Below are positions 24,495 through 38,190 of a stretch of 64,000 bases of DNA, in pieces. Within the stretch, counting starts at the first letter, position 1; each line of letters opens with the position of its first letter. The position numbers and the translations under genes were made by a program. The stretch is from Somniosus microcephalus (Eukaryota), in NCBI GenBank assembly GCA_052327205.1, contig CM126218.1, forward strand, positions 69,812,001 to 69,876,000, read 5' to 3'. A model generated the notes under the pieces. The model saw only the letters and a list, made by a program, of their open reading frames with translations. It was not told the origin of the DNA and did not search any database.

Positions 24495-26420
24495 TGAAGT
24501 CATCGTCATTGCTCGCCTATGTATCTTCTCGGGCAATAATCACCGTCCTGTAACTCAGTAACCAGAACTGTGCATGTAGTACTCCAGATGGAATTTCCCA
24601 ATACCTTGTGCAGCAACAGTGCAGCCTCTTTGATTTGTACTGCCTGCCTCTGCTGATGCAGGAAAGGTGATGTACCATTCACTCCCCTGTATTTAAAAGA
24701 CATAAAAACATATACACAGGTTTGGTTGTGTATAGATTTCATAGGTAGAACCTTTGAGTAATTGAATTATTTCTGTATTAAACATTACATTTTTGTTTAG
24801 ATTGAATCAATAGATCTATAGTGGCAGCAATGCAAAGACTACAAGCTGGCTGTTCTAACCAGTTAGTAGAAATACTGATCCCAGCATAACTGTGGCAAAG
24901 TAGTTGTGTTTGATTCAAAATTGCACTGAATTTGGTGTGTGGTTTTTAGATGGTGAAAGTATATTAGTGGCACAGCATGCTGGGTATCTGTGCATGATGC
25001 AGTGCAGTTTCAGTTGCCTCACCCATTTCTTTGAGTTTATGATCACTGCTACTTTGCTGGGGGAGATGCTGAATGGAGATCAAGGGCCTCCTTACAGAGG
25101 GGGCAGGGAGGAGGGAAAATCAGAGGGCGAGTCATTTTTGGGCCAGCATTGCTGGAGACCTGGTGGTAGGTTGCCTGTTCATTCAGTAATTGGTGTGTTG
25201 TCCAGGGGCATGGGTAGAAGATAGGTCGATTTCACACCTTCCCAAAAATACAGGGACAGTACCAACTTAAATACATAAGATGCCAGTCATTAGCACGATC
25301 CAGTTTATTCTGTAGTGCCAGTCGACAGCAAGACACAAGATGCAGTTGGGATGATTGATAGGGTGGGGTGTTCACAGGAAACATCAGCACTCATTGATGA
25401 TATTCTGTTCTAAAGTCGTCATACCATCGCAGGTAGCTTGAATTAGAACCTAGAGAGGGGTCTAAGTGCACGAATAAGGACCTGTGGAGATAAATGAAGA
25501 GGACAGGAAGTCAAAGATCAACTGGGTTGCGTCTCCTTCAGTATGTTTCCACTCTTGGATGGGTGGGTGTCACGTATTCAATTTTTTTCCCCAGTTATCT
25601 AATGTTGAACCGATCAGCCTGTTCCATCTCTCCCAGCTTTCATTCAAACTTTTTTTTTAATTGCCATCCCAAGCACTTCTCTACCTTTTTCAAAAAAAAA
25701 TTTAAAAAATAAAAATAAAAAATTCTGACAATCCATCTTTTTGACACAACTTTTGGTCACAGTCCATGGCTAGGCACCCATTCACCAACTTCTGTTTGTG
25801 GAGCACTTTGGGATACTTTTTACATTACACGTGCTATATAAATGTTGAAATATAGACTTACCATAAGCCTGGCAAGAGTGTTTCTGCAACTTCTAAATAC
25901 CACAGTTATTTGCTGTTTTCACCCATGACAGTTACCAGTCTTGGGACTGCTGCAGATTGCAATGTACCTATGCAGAGTGGCTTCAGGTTGAAGTAAATCA
26001 CTCCCAGTATTGTTGATTTTTTTTTTCTGCAATACCATGACTTTGGCCAATTTCATTTTATCCTCTGAATGAAACATTCCATTTATTATAAATGCAAGAA
26101 TCTGAAAATTCAGCACCGTGTGTTGCCTGTGCAAAGGATTAATCTGAATAGATCAGTGCTGTGTATTGATGCTGTACTGTTGAGAAGAAAGTCTCGGTAT
26201 AACTACCCCCTGCCATCACACTGTTAACAGCTTTATTCTTTGAGTTATTAAGGATTTATCGCACTGCAATTATTACTGGAATCTGAACACAGCCTTGCAC
26301 TGAACTGCATTAACCGCCAAGTGATCGCTTGCTGCTTGCTTCAAATCTGCCTGCATCTCTCCATCGTTCTGTAGTGATGGAACTAGCCACTAACCAGCTT
26401 CTTTTTTTCTTCCTCTCCAG

Positions 26421-26450
26421 AACTGATGGGTATGTCTAATCAAAATAATG
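26421..26450 (+). CDS. Candidate cassette microexon in intron 2 (9 nt ELM or 30 nt ELMGMSNQNN)
   Basis: Branch point cactaac (26388-26394), long pyrimidine tract plus cag, donors gtatgt (26430) and gtaagc (26451); both keep phase 1 with no stop. Confidence 0.55.
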
Positions 26451-26904
26451 GTAAGCAGATGGTAGAAATAGTTTGGAAAAAAATGAAGCTGTTCGTAGAG
26501 ACAGGTACGAGAAAGCGATCACTTGTCCCAGCGTATGCTCACCTGCGGCAATTGCATCTCATCTCAAAAAAGGACAGGCAGAGGAAGCCATTTTGCAGCT
26601 GGGAAGATAAGCCACCTTAAGATAGTGCCCTGTTACAGTGAACTTGATATTTTCCTTTTTGGGAGAGGGAGGGGGAATATTGTGAATAAAACTGGAAATT
26701 ACTGACGGCAATATTAGGGAACAAGTGCTAAACACATCCACATGATGTTCCTTTTGGTTTTTTAGTGGAGGCAATAACCTATTTTAAATAAACAGGCTAA
26801 TTGCGATAATATAGCAGAGCAGTGTTTATCCTACAAATTCATTGTGTGTTCACTAACGTCACCACCAAAAATTTCTAGATCCATATTTTTGGGGGTATTT
26901 CCCT

Positions 26905-27290
26905 TTCAATTTTCTCCCCATCTGTCCTGAAGATGCTAACTCCTGCTGGTCTGTAGTTCAATGGGCACCAGCAGCCTTTCAGTATCTCACCTAAGTGGTC
27001 ATTTGTCATGTGTAAGCTTAGACAGTGAGTGTTGGCAGGCTGTTGAACCTGGGGAGAGAGGAGCTTCACAGTCAAATCTGGTGCTGTCATTATCAACACC
27101 TTTTCCAGCAGCAACCGCTGGATAGTGATCAGACTTGAGAATTCCTCAATATTCCTCTTCTCCCTCCCCAAAAACTCCGACACCAAGGCCAATTGTAGGG
27201 TTTCTACCACTGCCTGACTGAGATCAGTTAACTCAGCACAGACCAGGGATCAAACCCTGTTACTTCCTGGTTTGTATAGCTCACTACCAT
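26905..27290 (-). mobile_element. Ancient tRNA-headed SINE (AmnSINE2-like, name from memory); one of about 11 copies
   Basis: Shared core ggtctgtgctgagtta..tgatctcag...ctacaattggcct...ctgatcactatccag also at about 9645-10040(-), 11660-12000(+), 19060-19290(-), 19555-19905(+), 29325-29580(+), 31095-31350(+), 56130-56450(+), 59290-59400(-), 60820-61200(+), 61560-61860(-). Confidence 0.7.
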
Positions 27291-30200
27291 GCTAAAACAT
27301 GCCTTGTATTAACTTTATGGGCTGGGGGAGAGCATGAAATTCTAAGTTAAGTACTGTGAATATTAGCTACTTTACACGTGTTGTATTCAACAAGGGAAAA
27401 AGTGCAGCGAGTCATTGGGACCCCTTAGACTACGTCCACTCATCACTGGTGTCAATAGGGCAGATCTTAGAGACAGTTGCGGCCAGTTCTTATGACTTCA
27501 GCGTATATACTAAAGCATTATGAGTTGGGACTGATCATGCTGGTAAACACTTGTCCTGTGTGAACCGTATCTCTGGAGTTACCTTCTCTCATGCTAAATC
27601 CTATGGGCCTGACAAGCTTGACCCTGGATCAATTGACTCCAAATCACCTATTCTAGCATATTTAGCAGACCTAATCTGGCCAATGGCTAATTATCTTGTT
27701 CCCATGAAGACAAAGGGTGCAACCTTTTACTTAAATTATTCCACCTTCTATCTTTTAGCATTATACAATTGTTTTATGTTTTCCACACAGCCTTGCTGTG
27801 GCACATTCCTGACGGCAGCTTGTTTTTCAAAGAAAACCCTTTGACGATTGCAGTTCAAACAATCTCTTTGTATAGAATGTGGAAGGGCGAATTTGGTGAG
27901 AAGGTCACTTCAAGGAAAAACATTTATTTTAAAAAATGATTGCCTTGAGTAAACTGGCCTGTTTAAATTGTGTAGTAAGAACACATTTAAATGTTTAATT
28001 ACCTCCAGCAGCACTTTGCAAGACAAAAACCTGTTGTGACCATTAAATTGTTAGACTGCACAGAGTATAATTTGCCCAGATACAAAGCCACCAGAAATAA
28101 TTGAGAAGGATGATCATTGGTTATGTGTATAATTATATACATAATACACAGTGTAAGGCCTTTCAAACCAAGTCAAGTCACCCCTTAAAGAAGCTGGTTT
28201 ACTTTTATTTTACTTGCACTTCTGATCTCTAAAGTTATTGCTGAGGTCAGACAAGAAGTGTGTTTATTTAGGTGAAGGATGACAACATTGTACAAATCAG
28301 CTATATTTTTATAATGTGCAGTGATCTCTCCTTTTGCCTTATTATATCAGTTGGGATCATTATAGATGTAATCTCAAGATTGAGAGCTTTTAGTTGCTCT
28401 TTCTCTTTCTCTCTCTTCCCCCCCTCATCCATCCTTTGATTAATTTGATCGCCAGATGTGTATCAGAGGTTGAATGGCACCACAAGCTGTACATATTAAT
28501 CTCTCAATGCAAGGACAACAGAAACATCTGCGACTGCTATCCTGTGCTTGAAAGCACATTCTTTGAACTTGTCTAAAGTAATTATTCACTTAGCAGAGCT
28601 CACTTGCACCTTAATCAGGATCTTGTGCAGAATGGGGAGGGCTGTAGCAACCCACACTGAGATGGCAAACTCTGAAGTACTGGGATAAGCAGAGAACATA
28701 CTGATGTTATTTGTAACCTGGCAAGTTGCTTTGTTTTTAGGCTTTGGGTAAAGCAAGACAGTGACTCTCATACTGGTCAGCTTGGGGTTTGCCATCCCTG
28801 GGGACCCGACCAATTCCTGATTAAATGCTTCAAAGGTGTGACAGTGGGTGCTCTTAAATTAAATGTTAAATCTGAGTTTTACTATGAGCTGTTCAGTATA
28901 ATGGATGTCGGTGCTGGTGAATGGAATTTTGGCTCCACTTTGCTCCCAGTGTTGGAAATGATGATTCCCAAGTTGGGTATAGTACAGATGATGTGCCTTA
29001 ACTCCAACTTCAGAATAGCATCATCAACTGCATTGTGAATTTTCCATTGCTAACTCACTATTTGCCCAGTTTGATAACAGTAGTAGGGTGCCTGCACTCT
29101 TTCACCTGTCTCGCCCAATGGCCTGGGGATGCATATATTTATAGGGTTGAAATATTAAAACCAGGAGCTGTTATAGGAATGAAAAGACTCTCTTGTCTTG
29201 GCTTCTATATTTTTCACTGCAGTTCGTTCTCTTCCCCCGCCCCCTCCCAAAAAAAAATAGCAATTACCTTTTTAGGTTTTGGCTTGGAACACTGTCCAAA
29301 TATTACTTTCCATTGATGATTCAGTGCTTAAATGCACCATGTAGTGTGTGGGTGAGCCATACAGATCAGGGTGACTCTGGATTTGATCCTCGGTCTGTGT
29401 TAAGTAGGTTGATCTCGGGGCGCTGGTTGGACTGCAGTATTGTATTTGTCCTTGGTGCCCCAGACCTAGGGAGGAAGATATAAGGCCTAATTTTCTGACT
29501 TTGTTACCCTGGCAGGGAGCGTTGCCCACCAGGAGTGTATATCAGGAACTTGGAGGTGTTCTGTGCGTGATTTTCCAACCATTTAAATTGATGTTTAGAA
29601 AACTGCGCAGATCGGGGCTAAATTCCTGATATATGCTGCAGGTGGGTCCTGCGCGTGCTTCCTTGGCTCTTTGGCTTCGCTGTGTTAAAATCCAGATTCA
29701 TTGCGCCATCCCCTGCTCTAATTTATCTCTTTCCCTGCACCCCACCCCCCCCCAACCCCACAGACCTCAAAGCTGTGGAACTCCTTACTTTCCTCATTCT
29801 TGTTTCTACTACAATCTACAGGCTTTTATTGGTTATCGTCTGCACATCAGTGGGCCATGCCCAAGTTAACCTAAGTTTCTCGATGCAATAACCTTTCAGG
29901 CTTGTTACATTATTCCTCAGGATTGGAAGGATCCAAAGGGTTTAGGCGTGAACCTTTTTACACACAAGTTCTGAAAAGCTAAGAAAATTGAACCACTGTT
30001 TACACATCATACCCTGGCATTTAATTATGAAATGAGTTGACTTATTTGTTTAATGCATATATAGACTTGGCAACCTGCCAAAGCTTGGCTGTCCACTCCC
30101 TCCCCTGTCCCGAACGGTGTTGATCGCCAGTGAAATCCTTTTGCCTCTTGGTTTTTAATCCGTGACCTCAGCGGTTTGTGCCTTGGATTTGTGTGTGCTA

Positions 30201-30699
30201 AGTTTAAACCTTGGCCGTGGTGTTAGGAGCAGGTGATCTGCTGGTGACCCTGTCTTGATGGTGTTCACAAAACATTCTTCATGTGATTGCCACGTGACAA
30301 CCACAAATGCAAATCTTTTCAAAAAGTGTTCTAATGTATACCATGTCCAGCGGTTCCGCTGCGCTTCCCCCCCCTAGCATAGCGACTCTTTTTTTTTAGT
30401 TCTTGTCTGTTCAGCAGCCTATCTTTGAACAGGACAGTTTTTTAAATTGACAGTTCAATGGGAATGGCAGAATCCTGATCAAAAAGTTTGGACCTTGGGT
30501 AAATAAAAGTACTGGCCATTATTCCCAGATAATCAACTATAGGCATATCAATTTATAAAAGGCCATTGATTGCATCACTCATTTATCCTTCACTGTACAA
30601 CTCATTACAGGAGGCCTGTTGCACTCCCCTAGCCAAAAAAGGAATAAAACTGTCCTTGTTGCTCACTCAGTGGGTAAATGTGCCATGTAGTGTGATACA

Positions 30700-31085
30700 T
30701 AGAAGTCACAACACGGAAACAGGCCGTTCGGCTCAACTGGCCTGTGTTGGCGTTTACCTTCCAAGTAGTCCTAATCACATTTACCCATGTCCCTTCAACC
30801 CCTTTTCCTTCATCAACCTATCCAATATAATCTTGAATGTTGACGTAGTTTATGTCTCAACCACTAACCCTGGAAGTGAATTTCATAGCCTCACAACTCT
30901 TGTGTAAAGAAGCTCCTCTTGCTCTCCCTTCTACATCTCTTGCATTGAATCTTGTATCTATGGTCCCCTCATTCTAGACCCCTCAACTACTGGAAACAGT
31001 CTGCTTCTATCTATTATGTCGCATTCTTTCATAGTTTTGAACACTTCTATCATATTGTCCTGTAATCTGGGCTGTTCTAACAAAA
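30700..31085 (-). mobile_element. CR1 3' fragment inserted into a SINE copy
   Basis: MIEVFKTMK...RLFPVVEGSRMRG; SINE head at about 30650-30700 resumes near 31095. Confidence 0.7.
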
Positions 31086-32049
31086 AAAAGCCCCATACAG
31101 TAAGGTTACAGATTTGATGTCTTGTCTGTGCCAAGTTAGGTGATCTTAGCCAGATTGTGATGGCGGGACTACATTTGGGGTGAGTGTGAAATCTAGTGAC
31201 TCCTGCTGGATGCTTGACAAGGGCAGGATCAGGCTCTCCCATGATATTCTCTCCAGATAGTTGCTCACCATCCAGGTTCTAGTTAAGAATGTCCACTTGG
31301 GAAAGGTACTACACCCTAGCACGAGCTGCCGTCAGAGGAGTGATTGGGGAGAAATTGAGAAGAGGAACTGCCTCTGCATGGTGCAGTATAGGATGTTTAC
31401 AAGGCAGCAACCTCGAGTTCAGCTTTGTAGCGTAAATGGTTCAAGCTTCATAACGGCCTCTGCACCCCTTTGAAATAACCCACTTGTAACCGCTCCCAAA
31501 TATAGTTATTATCTGCATAACGTTCAAAGACAGTAAAAGTTTCAATGTGTCACGTTTCTAAAAGAGCCTGTAACATGTTTTAAAATACCAGCATGTCGTC
31601 ATCTTCAAACTTTGGTGATTTAAAAAAATTTCTTTAAATTTATTCTGCCTGTGGGACTCTCTCTCTCTTTCTGGCGATTATCATCCCTGCAACTTGTGTC
31701 CTTTTAGCTAGAAGTTGAAATACAGTTACTAACCCCTGGATATTTGGAGCATGCATTAGATGACGGGAAGACTCTTGTTTGCTTATTGTCCTCTTACTTT
31801 TCTTTTTTCCCCACCCTCCCTTCACAAAAAGATTTTAAGGTGTCTCAGTGTTATTAGCAATCGCCAGAATTGATTTCAGGAGACATCCATCTTCATAACG
31901 GTGCTTTTTTTGTTAGCTCAGACAGGCAGCCCCTGCACAGAAGATTGCATTTCAAAACCCCGTTGTGTATAATTTACATTGGTTGGTTTCAGGTTTGTGA
32001 AATGAAGGAGCAGTGACCACTGCAGTTTTGCCAGTTACTATTAATGTAA

Positions 32050-33115
32050 CTACAGAACTCTAACATTATTGTAGTGAAATCAAAGCAGCGTTTGACCAAG
32101 TATGGAACCATGGAGCCCTGGAACAACTGAAAGTCATTGGGGGCCAAAGAGAAAACCCTCCAGTGGCTGGAGTCATACCCGACGCACAAGAGGATAGTTG
32201 TTGTCGAAGGCTAGGAGATCGCTGCTGGAATTCCTCAGGGAAACATCCTAGGCCCACCATCTTCAGCTGATGCATCAATGACCTTTTCTCCATCAGTATG
32301 TCAGGATTGGGATGGTTCACTGGCGATTCCAGTGTTCTGCTCTATTGACAATTTCTCCAAAAGTGAAGCGGCCCATGCCAGCCTACAGCAGAACCTGGAT
32401 AACATCCAGGTTTGGGCTGACAAATGGCGGGTAACAGTCGTGCCACATAAGTACCAGATAATGACCATTTCAAACAAGGGAAAGCCCAGCCACCTCCTCT
32501 TGCCCCTCAACGGTAGCACCATCGTTGAGGCTCCCACAATCAACATCTTGGGGGTCACCATTGACCAGATGCTGAACTGAACCAGCCACATCGAGACTGA
32601 ATACTCTGCAGCGAATCGCTCACCACCTGACCTCTTAAAGCCTCTCTACTATCTACAAGGCTCAAGTCAGTGGTTTGATATTGCCATTTGCCACTCACCT
32701 GCCACTTGCCACTCATCTGGATATGAGCAGTTTGCTTGAACAGTGCCCCTGCCACTGGACTCAATATCCACCACTGTGGCTGCCGTATGTATGATCTACT
32801 GGATACATTGCAGCAACTCATCAAGGTTACTTTGACAACACATCTTTCCCCTGCAACCTCTACCACAGAGAAGGACAAGAGCAGCAATGTCATGGGAGCA
32901 CCATCACCTCTAAGCTCCCCTCCAAGCCAAACACCATTTTAACTTGGACATATAGCACTGTTCCTTCATTGTCGCTGGATCAATATCCTAGAATTCCCTA
33001 CCTAGCACCATCATGTGAGCACAGTCACCGCAAGGACTGCAACAGTTCAAGGAAAAGGCCCACCATCATCACCACCTTAGGACAACTAGGGATGGGTAAT
33101 AAATGTGACCATGTC
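32050..33115 (+). mobile_element. Second CR1-group LINE family, 3' part
   Basis: LQQNLDNIQVWADKWRVT, NILGVTIDQ; tail ...caactagggatgggtaataaatg shared with 37515-37820. Confidence 0.8.
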
Positions 33116-34391
33116 CAAAAAAACTAGATACCTTAAATGCAGCGCAGCACACCACACCATCCAGTGATGGTTGTTCAGGTTCATGAAACTTATGACCTTT
33201 ATTGGTGTTTGAGGCTTTGTAAATTGTGTGAAATTAACCCTGTATGTTTCAAGTCATGACTGAAGCATCTAGAAGAGCTACATACTTTGTACTACTGCTG
33301 ATAAAGCGACCCAATCCTTCTACCCTGTAGGAGTGCTGGCGTGGGCCTCCCTGCTGGTTGCATTCCATCTTTTATTTACAAAAAAATCAGTACCAGAATC
33401 TAAAAGCACTCTGGGCCCTCTACCTCTGGCTGGATAAAGGAGGTAGTTTTTATACTGGAAACGTAGGGAGTCAATCCCACCTGTAAGCTCTGTAGGTCTT
33501 GACTCCAAGTGTAAAACCAGCATATGAGGTCTCTGTCCTGAAGCAGTATGCTGTTTTAAAACGCTTTATAAAGCCTGCTTTGGTACAGTATTTTCTAAGG
33601 TTTCTTGTTAGTGAGGGAGCTGTAAGCAGTGTTTGTATATTGAAGGTTGTGGGGAAGCAAAGAGCGTTCCAACAAGGGGCGACTGTGTTTAGTTGCTGAT
33701 TTCAGAATTCACCACTGTACATGAAGATGCGTGGGAGTAATGGGGATATTGGCCACAGACCAGTTCCAGTTATGTGTCACTGAAGCAAAATTTCTTCGTC
33801 GTATCGGGGTAGAGCTATTGAGACACAAAACGCAGTAACGAAAGGTGACTGAGAGATACTGCTAAGAGAGCACATCCCCTTTAATCTTTCACCTAAACTT
33901 TAGCCAGTTTACTCCTTTCAGCAAAAATGTAACTTGAGCTTTGATTAAAGATTATTCCGTTGTATTAAATTTGCTGTGAGGATTTAAAGTCGTCAAGAGT
34001 CTCGTATTACGAGCCCTCTCCTCATCCCCCCTCAGATACATGCACTCTGTTTAGTAAAAGTACACTGATTCAAACGCAAGCGTCACTCTGTGACCTGTGT
34101 CCACATTAATTGATGGTCTCGGCTGTGAGACAATGTTGTTAACCAGAAGGTCAAAATAGTGGACACCCAACCATGCAGACTGTCCATGCATCAGTGCCTA
34201 ATCAGGACTAACTGCTTGTATAGTTTGTACGGTTCAATGTGTTCTTAGAATTGGTTTTTGTCGTAATGTATCTGAACAGCTTCATTAATGAAGTTGTGGA
34301 GGGCTTCACCGCCCATTTGCCTGCCTTCCCAACTTAACATTGAATAGGTCAGATACTAGAAAAAAGTGTTGATATTTGTCTGTTGTGCTGA

Positions 34392-34634
<243 letters not shown>

Positions 34635-36271
34635 TAGAACCATGGCAAAGCATAATTGACAGCCATTGGCAAGCAAGGGTTCCTGCAATGGGCAGGCTAG
34701 CTGAAGCCTTCCTACTAGCTTCTGTTGTGAAGTGCCGCTCTCCCCACAAGGCGTACCCTAATCAGAATAAGTGATTTTTAGCCTCCTCCTGGAAGCTGAG
34801 ATGCACTGTAGACTGGGGCCCATTCTTGGAGGTCCAGTCAGCATAAACTGCTCTGCCCTTCTCAGCACAGTGACCCATGAAGGCCAACAATCCCAACCCA
34901 TGTGACCAGTAGCAAGCCGGTCCTCCCAACCCCTTCCATCCCAGACCCAACTAAGACCAAAAAGGTTGCTACGGCCCTTTGATCCATTCTGCTCAACAGG
35001 GTTTGCACTCTTTTGCCAAGAAACCTAGGTGTATGAATACACCCCTCGTACAAAGCACCATGCAATCAAAATGCTACAGCAGCTTCATAAAATATACATG
35101 TGAATGTTTGCTCCTGAGGATTCAAATTATAAAAAATAAAAAAAATACTGTTGCTTTGTGGCAATCGGGAGTTCAGACTTTGACAAGATAATGAATGCTG
35201 TTGCTTGGAAGTAGCATGTCCTACAGATAGTATTCTCGGTGTAGTGAGAGGCTATCACCCGAAGCATGTCCCCCGCCATACACTGCCAACTATAGAATGA
35301 AGTGTGCTGACCACTGCATAGACACCGTTTATTGGGGTTCACTGCTCATCAGCGGTCTTCCAAGCTGCTGTTAGCTGAAACAGAAGACTGGAACTGCAGC
35401 GGAGCAAAGTATCAGGCATCATATTCAAGTATAAACAATAATGAAAAGGCTGGGACGGTGTGTCTATTGATAGATTATTCCGATGGGGAGGACCAGTGTT
35501 TAAACTAAGCAAAAGTAGGAATAGACTGGATGTCGAATGGTTCTTTTCCCAGAGAGTAGTGAGCCTCTGGAATGTGTTGCCAGCTGGTGGCGGTGGACAC
35601 TGGCTCTCTGTATGCCTTTGAGAGGGAGCTTGACTGGGGCAGAGATCACCATGTAGAAGGCAAGTGGATTAACAGATAACGTACACGTGGTAAGTGTGAT
35701 CTCCTGGACTGCCTTAGATTGCCTGAAGGTATTGGAGAGGAATTTTCAGAAGGTTTTTTCCGCATATTCGTCCTGAATTTTTTCCCCCTGGTTTTTTGCC
35801 TCTCCCCAGAGGTTAGATGGTTTCTGGGGGGGTAAGAAGTGTCCAGCCATGATGCTCCAGGCATCATGAATGTGTGGCAAGCATGATGGGCCAGCTGGTC
35901 TTTTCCTGCCTGTTGTTTCCATATGTTTGGATTGGGCACTTTTAACATTTAAACTGGAAACGTGCATACCTGATTCTTGCTGGATAAGGGAGACATTCCC
36001 TTTGATTCAGTTATGGCAGAGGGGAGTGCGAGTTGGTTTTGTCAGTGTTGTGCGATGCTCTCTCCCAAGTTCGGCTTTATCCAGTAGGATGTTCAAAATC
36101 CAAATGTTCTCCATTTAACATTTTTAAATGTTATTTTCACTTGTGATCTAACCACACCTCTCAGTCTTGCTTTATTCTGTTGTCTGCTGTAGATTAAAAG
36201 GGAACAACTTGGAGTTCCCAGAGTAAACTCATAATGTCAACCAATCCACCGTGTGTTCCAATAGATTCTGA

Positions 36272-36409
<138 letters not shown>

Positions 36410-37514
36410 TAAATCCCCAGTTATTAAAATCAGGGGGGGGGTGCAGGGCGACTGGCTTAATTAGCACGCTGTCCATAACGGCTGTTCCAATCCAGCCTGG
36501 CCTAATGAAATTCAAGTTCTTTCTGTAGGTTACTGTGTGAAATTAGTTTTTGCTTTACTTTTTACTATTGGATGTTTCCTATACTGAAGCCTGTACATTT
36601 AGAGCCAGAAATAGGGAGGCAGCAACCAGCAGCATGTTAAATAACTGCCAGCACTTTGTTCCACACCAGGTTCATGTGCCATCTGATTTTCTGTAGTCAC
36701 CCATGGCACCTTTAAACTCTTTACTAACTAAAATGAATGTGCTATTTACTCCACGCTGTGAAGGTGTGCCATGTGAAATCTGTGACACCTTGTGTTTATA
36801 CTGATCAGGCTGTATTCACCTCCAGTCCGTCAGTTTTACAGTTCAATGTTTTACATTTGCAAGTATTCCACGTCTGTAATTTCAATACGAACGTGGCAAA
36901 CAGCAATGTCATACCAGCTCCTGCAGGTGGCAGTGCTGAGCTATCGGAAACAGCACCACCAGCAGGCACTTCATTGTTCCTGTTTGACTGCATTTGGGTT
37001 AGTGGTATTTGCATAGCCCCTCACTACTACAGCAGAGTGCACAAAACCATTTAATCACTACACGGTTATCCTTAATAATAGACTGGCTTATGTTCTTAAA
37101 CTGCCACCAACTCTGTGTGAGCCTTTTCTTTCTTTTTCTCATCATTTTCTCAAGCTGATGATTCATGCTGGGTGCATTTCTTCTGTGTGTGTTTCCAGCA
37201 GGGATCACTGGATAGGAATTGGGATCTTGTGGGAGTCTATTTTACTTGGTAAAATCAAGTGATAATTTTAACAGCAAAATACAAATCATTTCACTGGTAA
37301 CCTGATCTTTGTCACTTTAAGTGGCTTCCCAGTATAATCCTGAAATACGCATTCATTGGTTATTATGCAACGAGCAGTTAATACAAACAGTGCTTTTTCT
37401 TAAAACGTAATGATTTAACTAGAATATATGCAATTACTTTTTCTACCCAGTAATCTAGTGGGCACTAAACCTAGCATATTGCCTGCAAATCTGCAGTAAA
37501 TACGCTGAGTTCTT

Positions 37515-37820
37515 GGGCAGCACCTTCCAAACTCACGACCTTTACCACCTAGAAGGACAAAGGCAGCAGGCGCGTGGGAACACCACCACCTCCAAGTTCC
37601 CCTCCAAGTCACACACCATCCTGACTTGGAAGTATATCGCCGATCCTTCATCGTCGCTGGGTCAAAATCCTGGAACTCCCTCCCTAACAGCACTGTGGGA
37701 GTACCTTCACCACACAGACTGCAGCGGTTCAAGAAGGCGGCTCATCGCCATCTCAAGGGCAACTAGAGATGGGCAATAAATGCTGGCCTTGCCAGCAATG
37801 CCCACATCCCATGAACAAAT
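37515..37820 (+). mobile_element. 3' end of the same LINE family as 32050-33115
   Basis: Shared text gggtcaaaatcctggaactccctccctaacagcactgtgg...gggcaataaatgctggcc. Confidence 0.8.
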
Positions 37821-37864
37821 ATTTTTTTGTAACGTTCACTGAACAGGGCTAATGAGTTGGGCTA

Positions 37865-38149
37865 TGATGGGCCTTCAATAACCACAAAACTAGAAGTTAT
37901 AGACTTAAACAAGTTGGCTTTTAATCACTAAGATCAGAGCTAACCTCTCAACACGCCGACTGGTTCACAGGAATGAGTCATACAGATCCTGGGATCTTTA
38001 TGTAAGAGAAGTCGGGCGGAGCCAAGAGCCAAGACCTGGAACCTCCCAGGTTAGTCGGGAAAGAGGAAGTGAAACTATACACAGTGGGGGAGGGTAATAT
38101 ACATGAGTGCAAAACGAATACAGGATCAAGACAAACAGATTTCATTACA
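37865..38149 (-). repeat. 3' LTR (285 bp)
   Basis: Direct repeat of 41899-42185, adjacent to the PPT. Confidence 0.95.
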
Positions 38150-38190
38150 TTCACCCCTGCTATAGACTTAGTCCATCGGGGTGATGTTTC

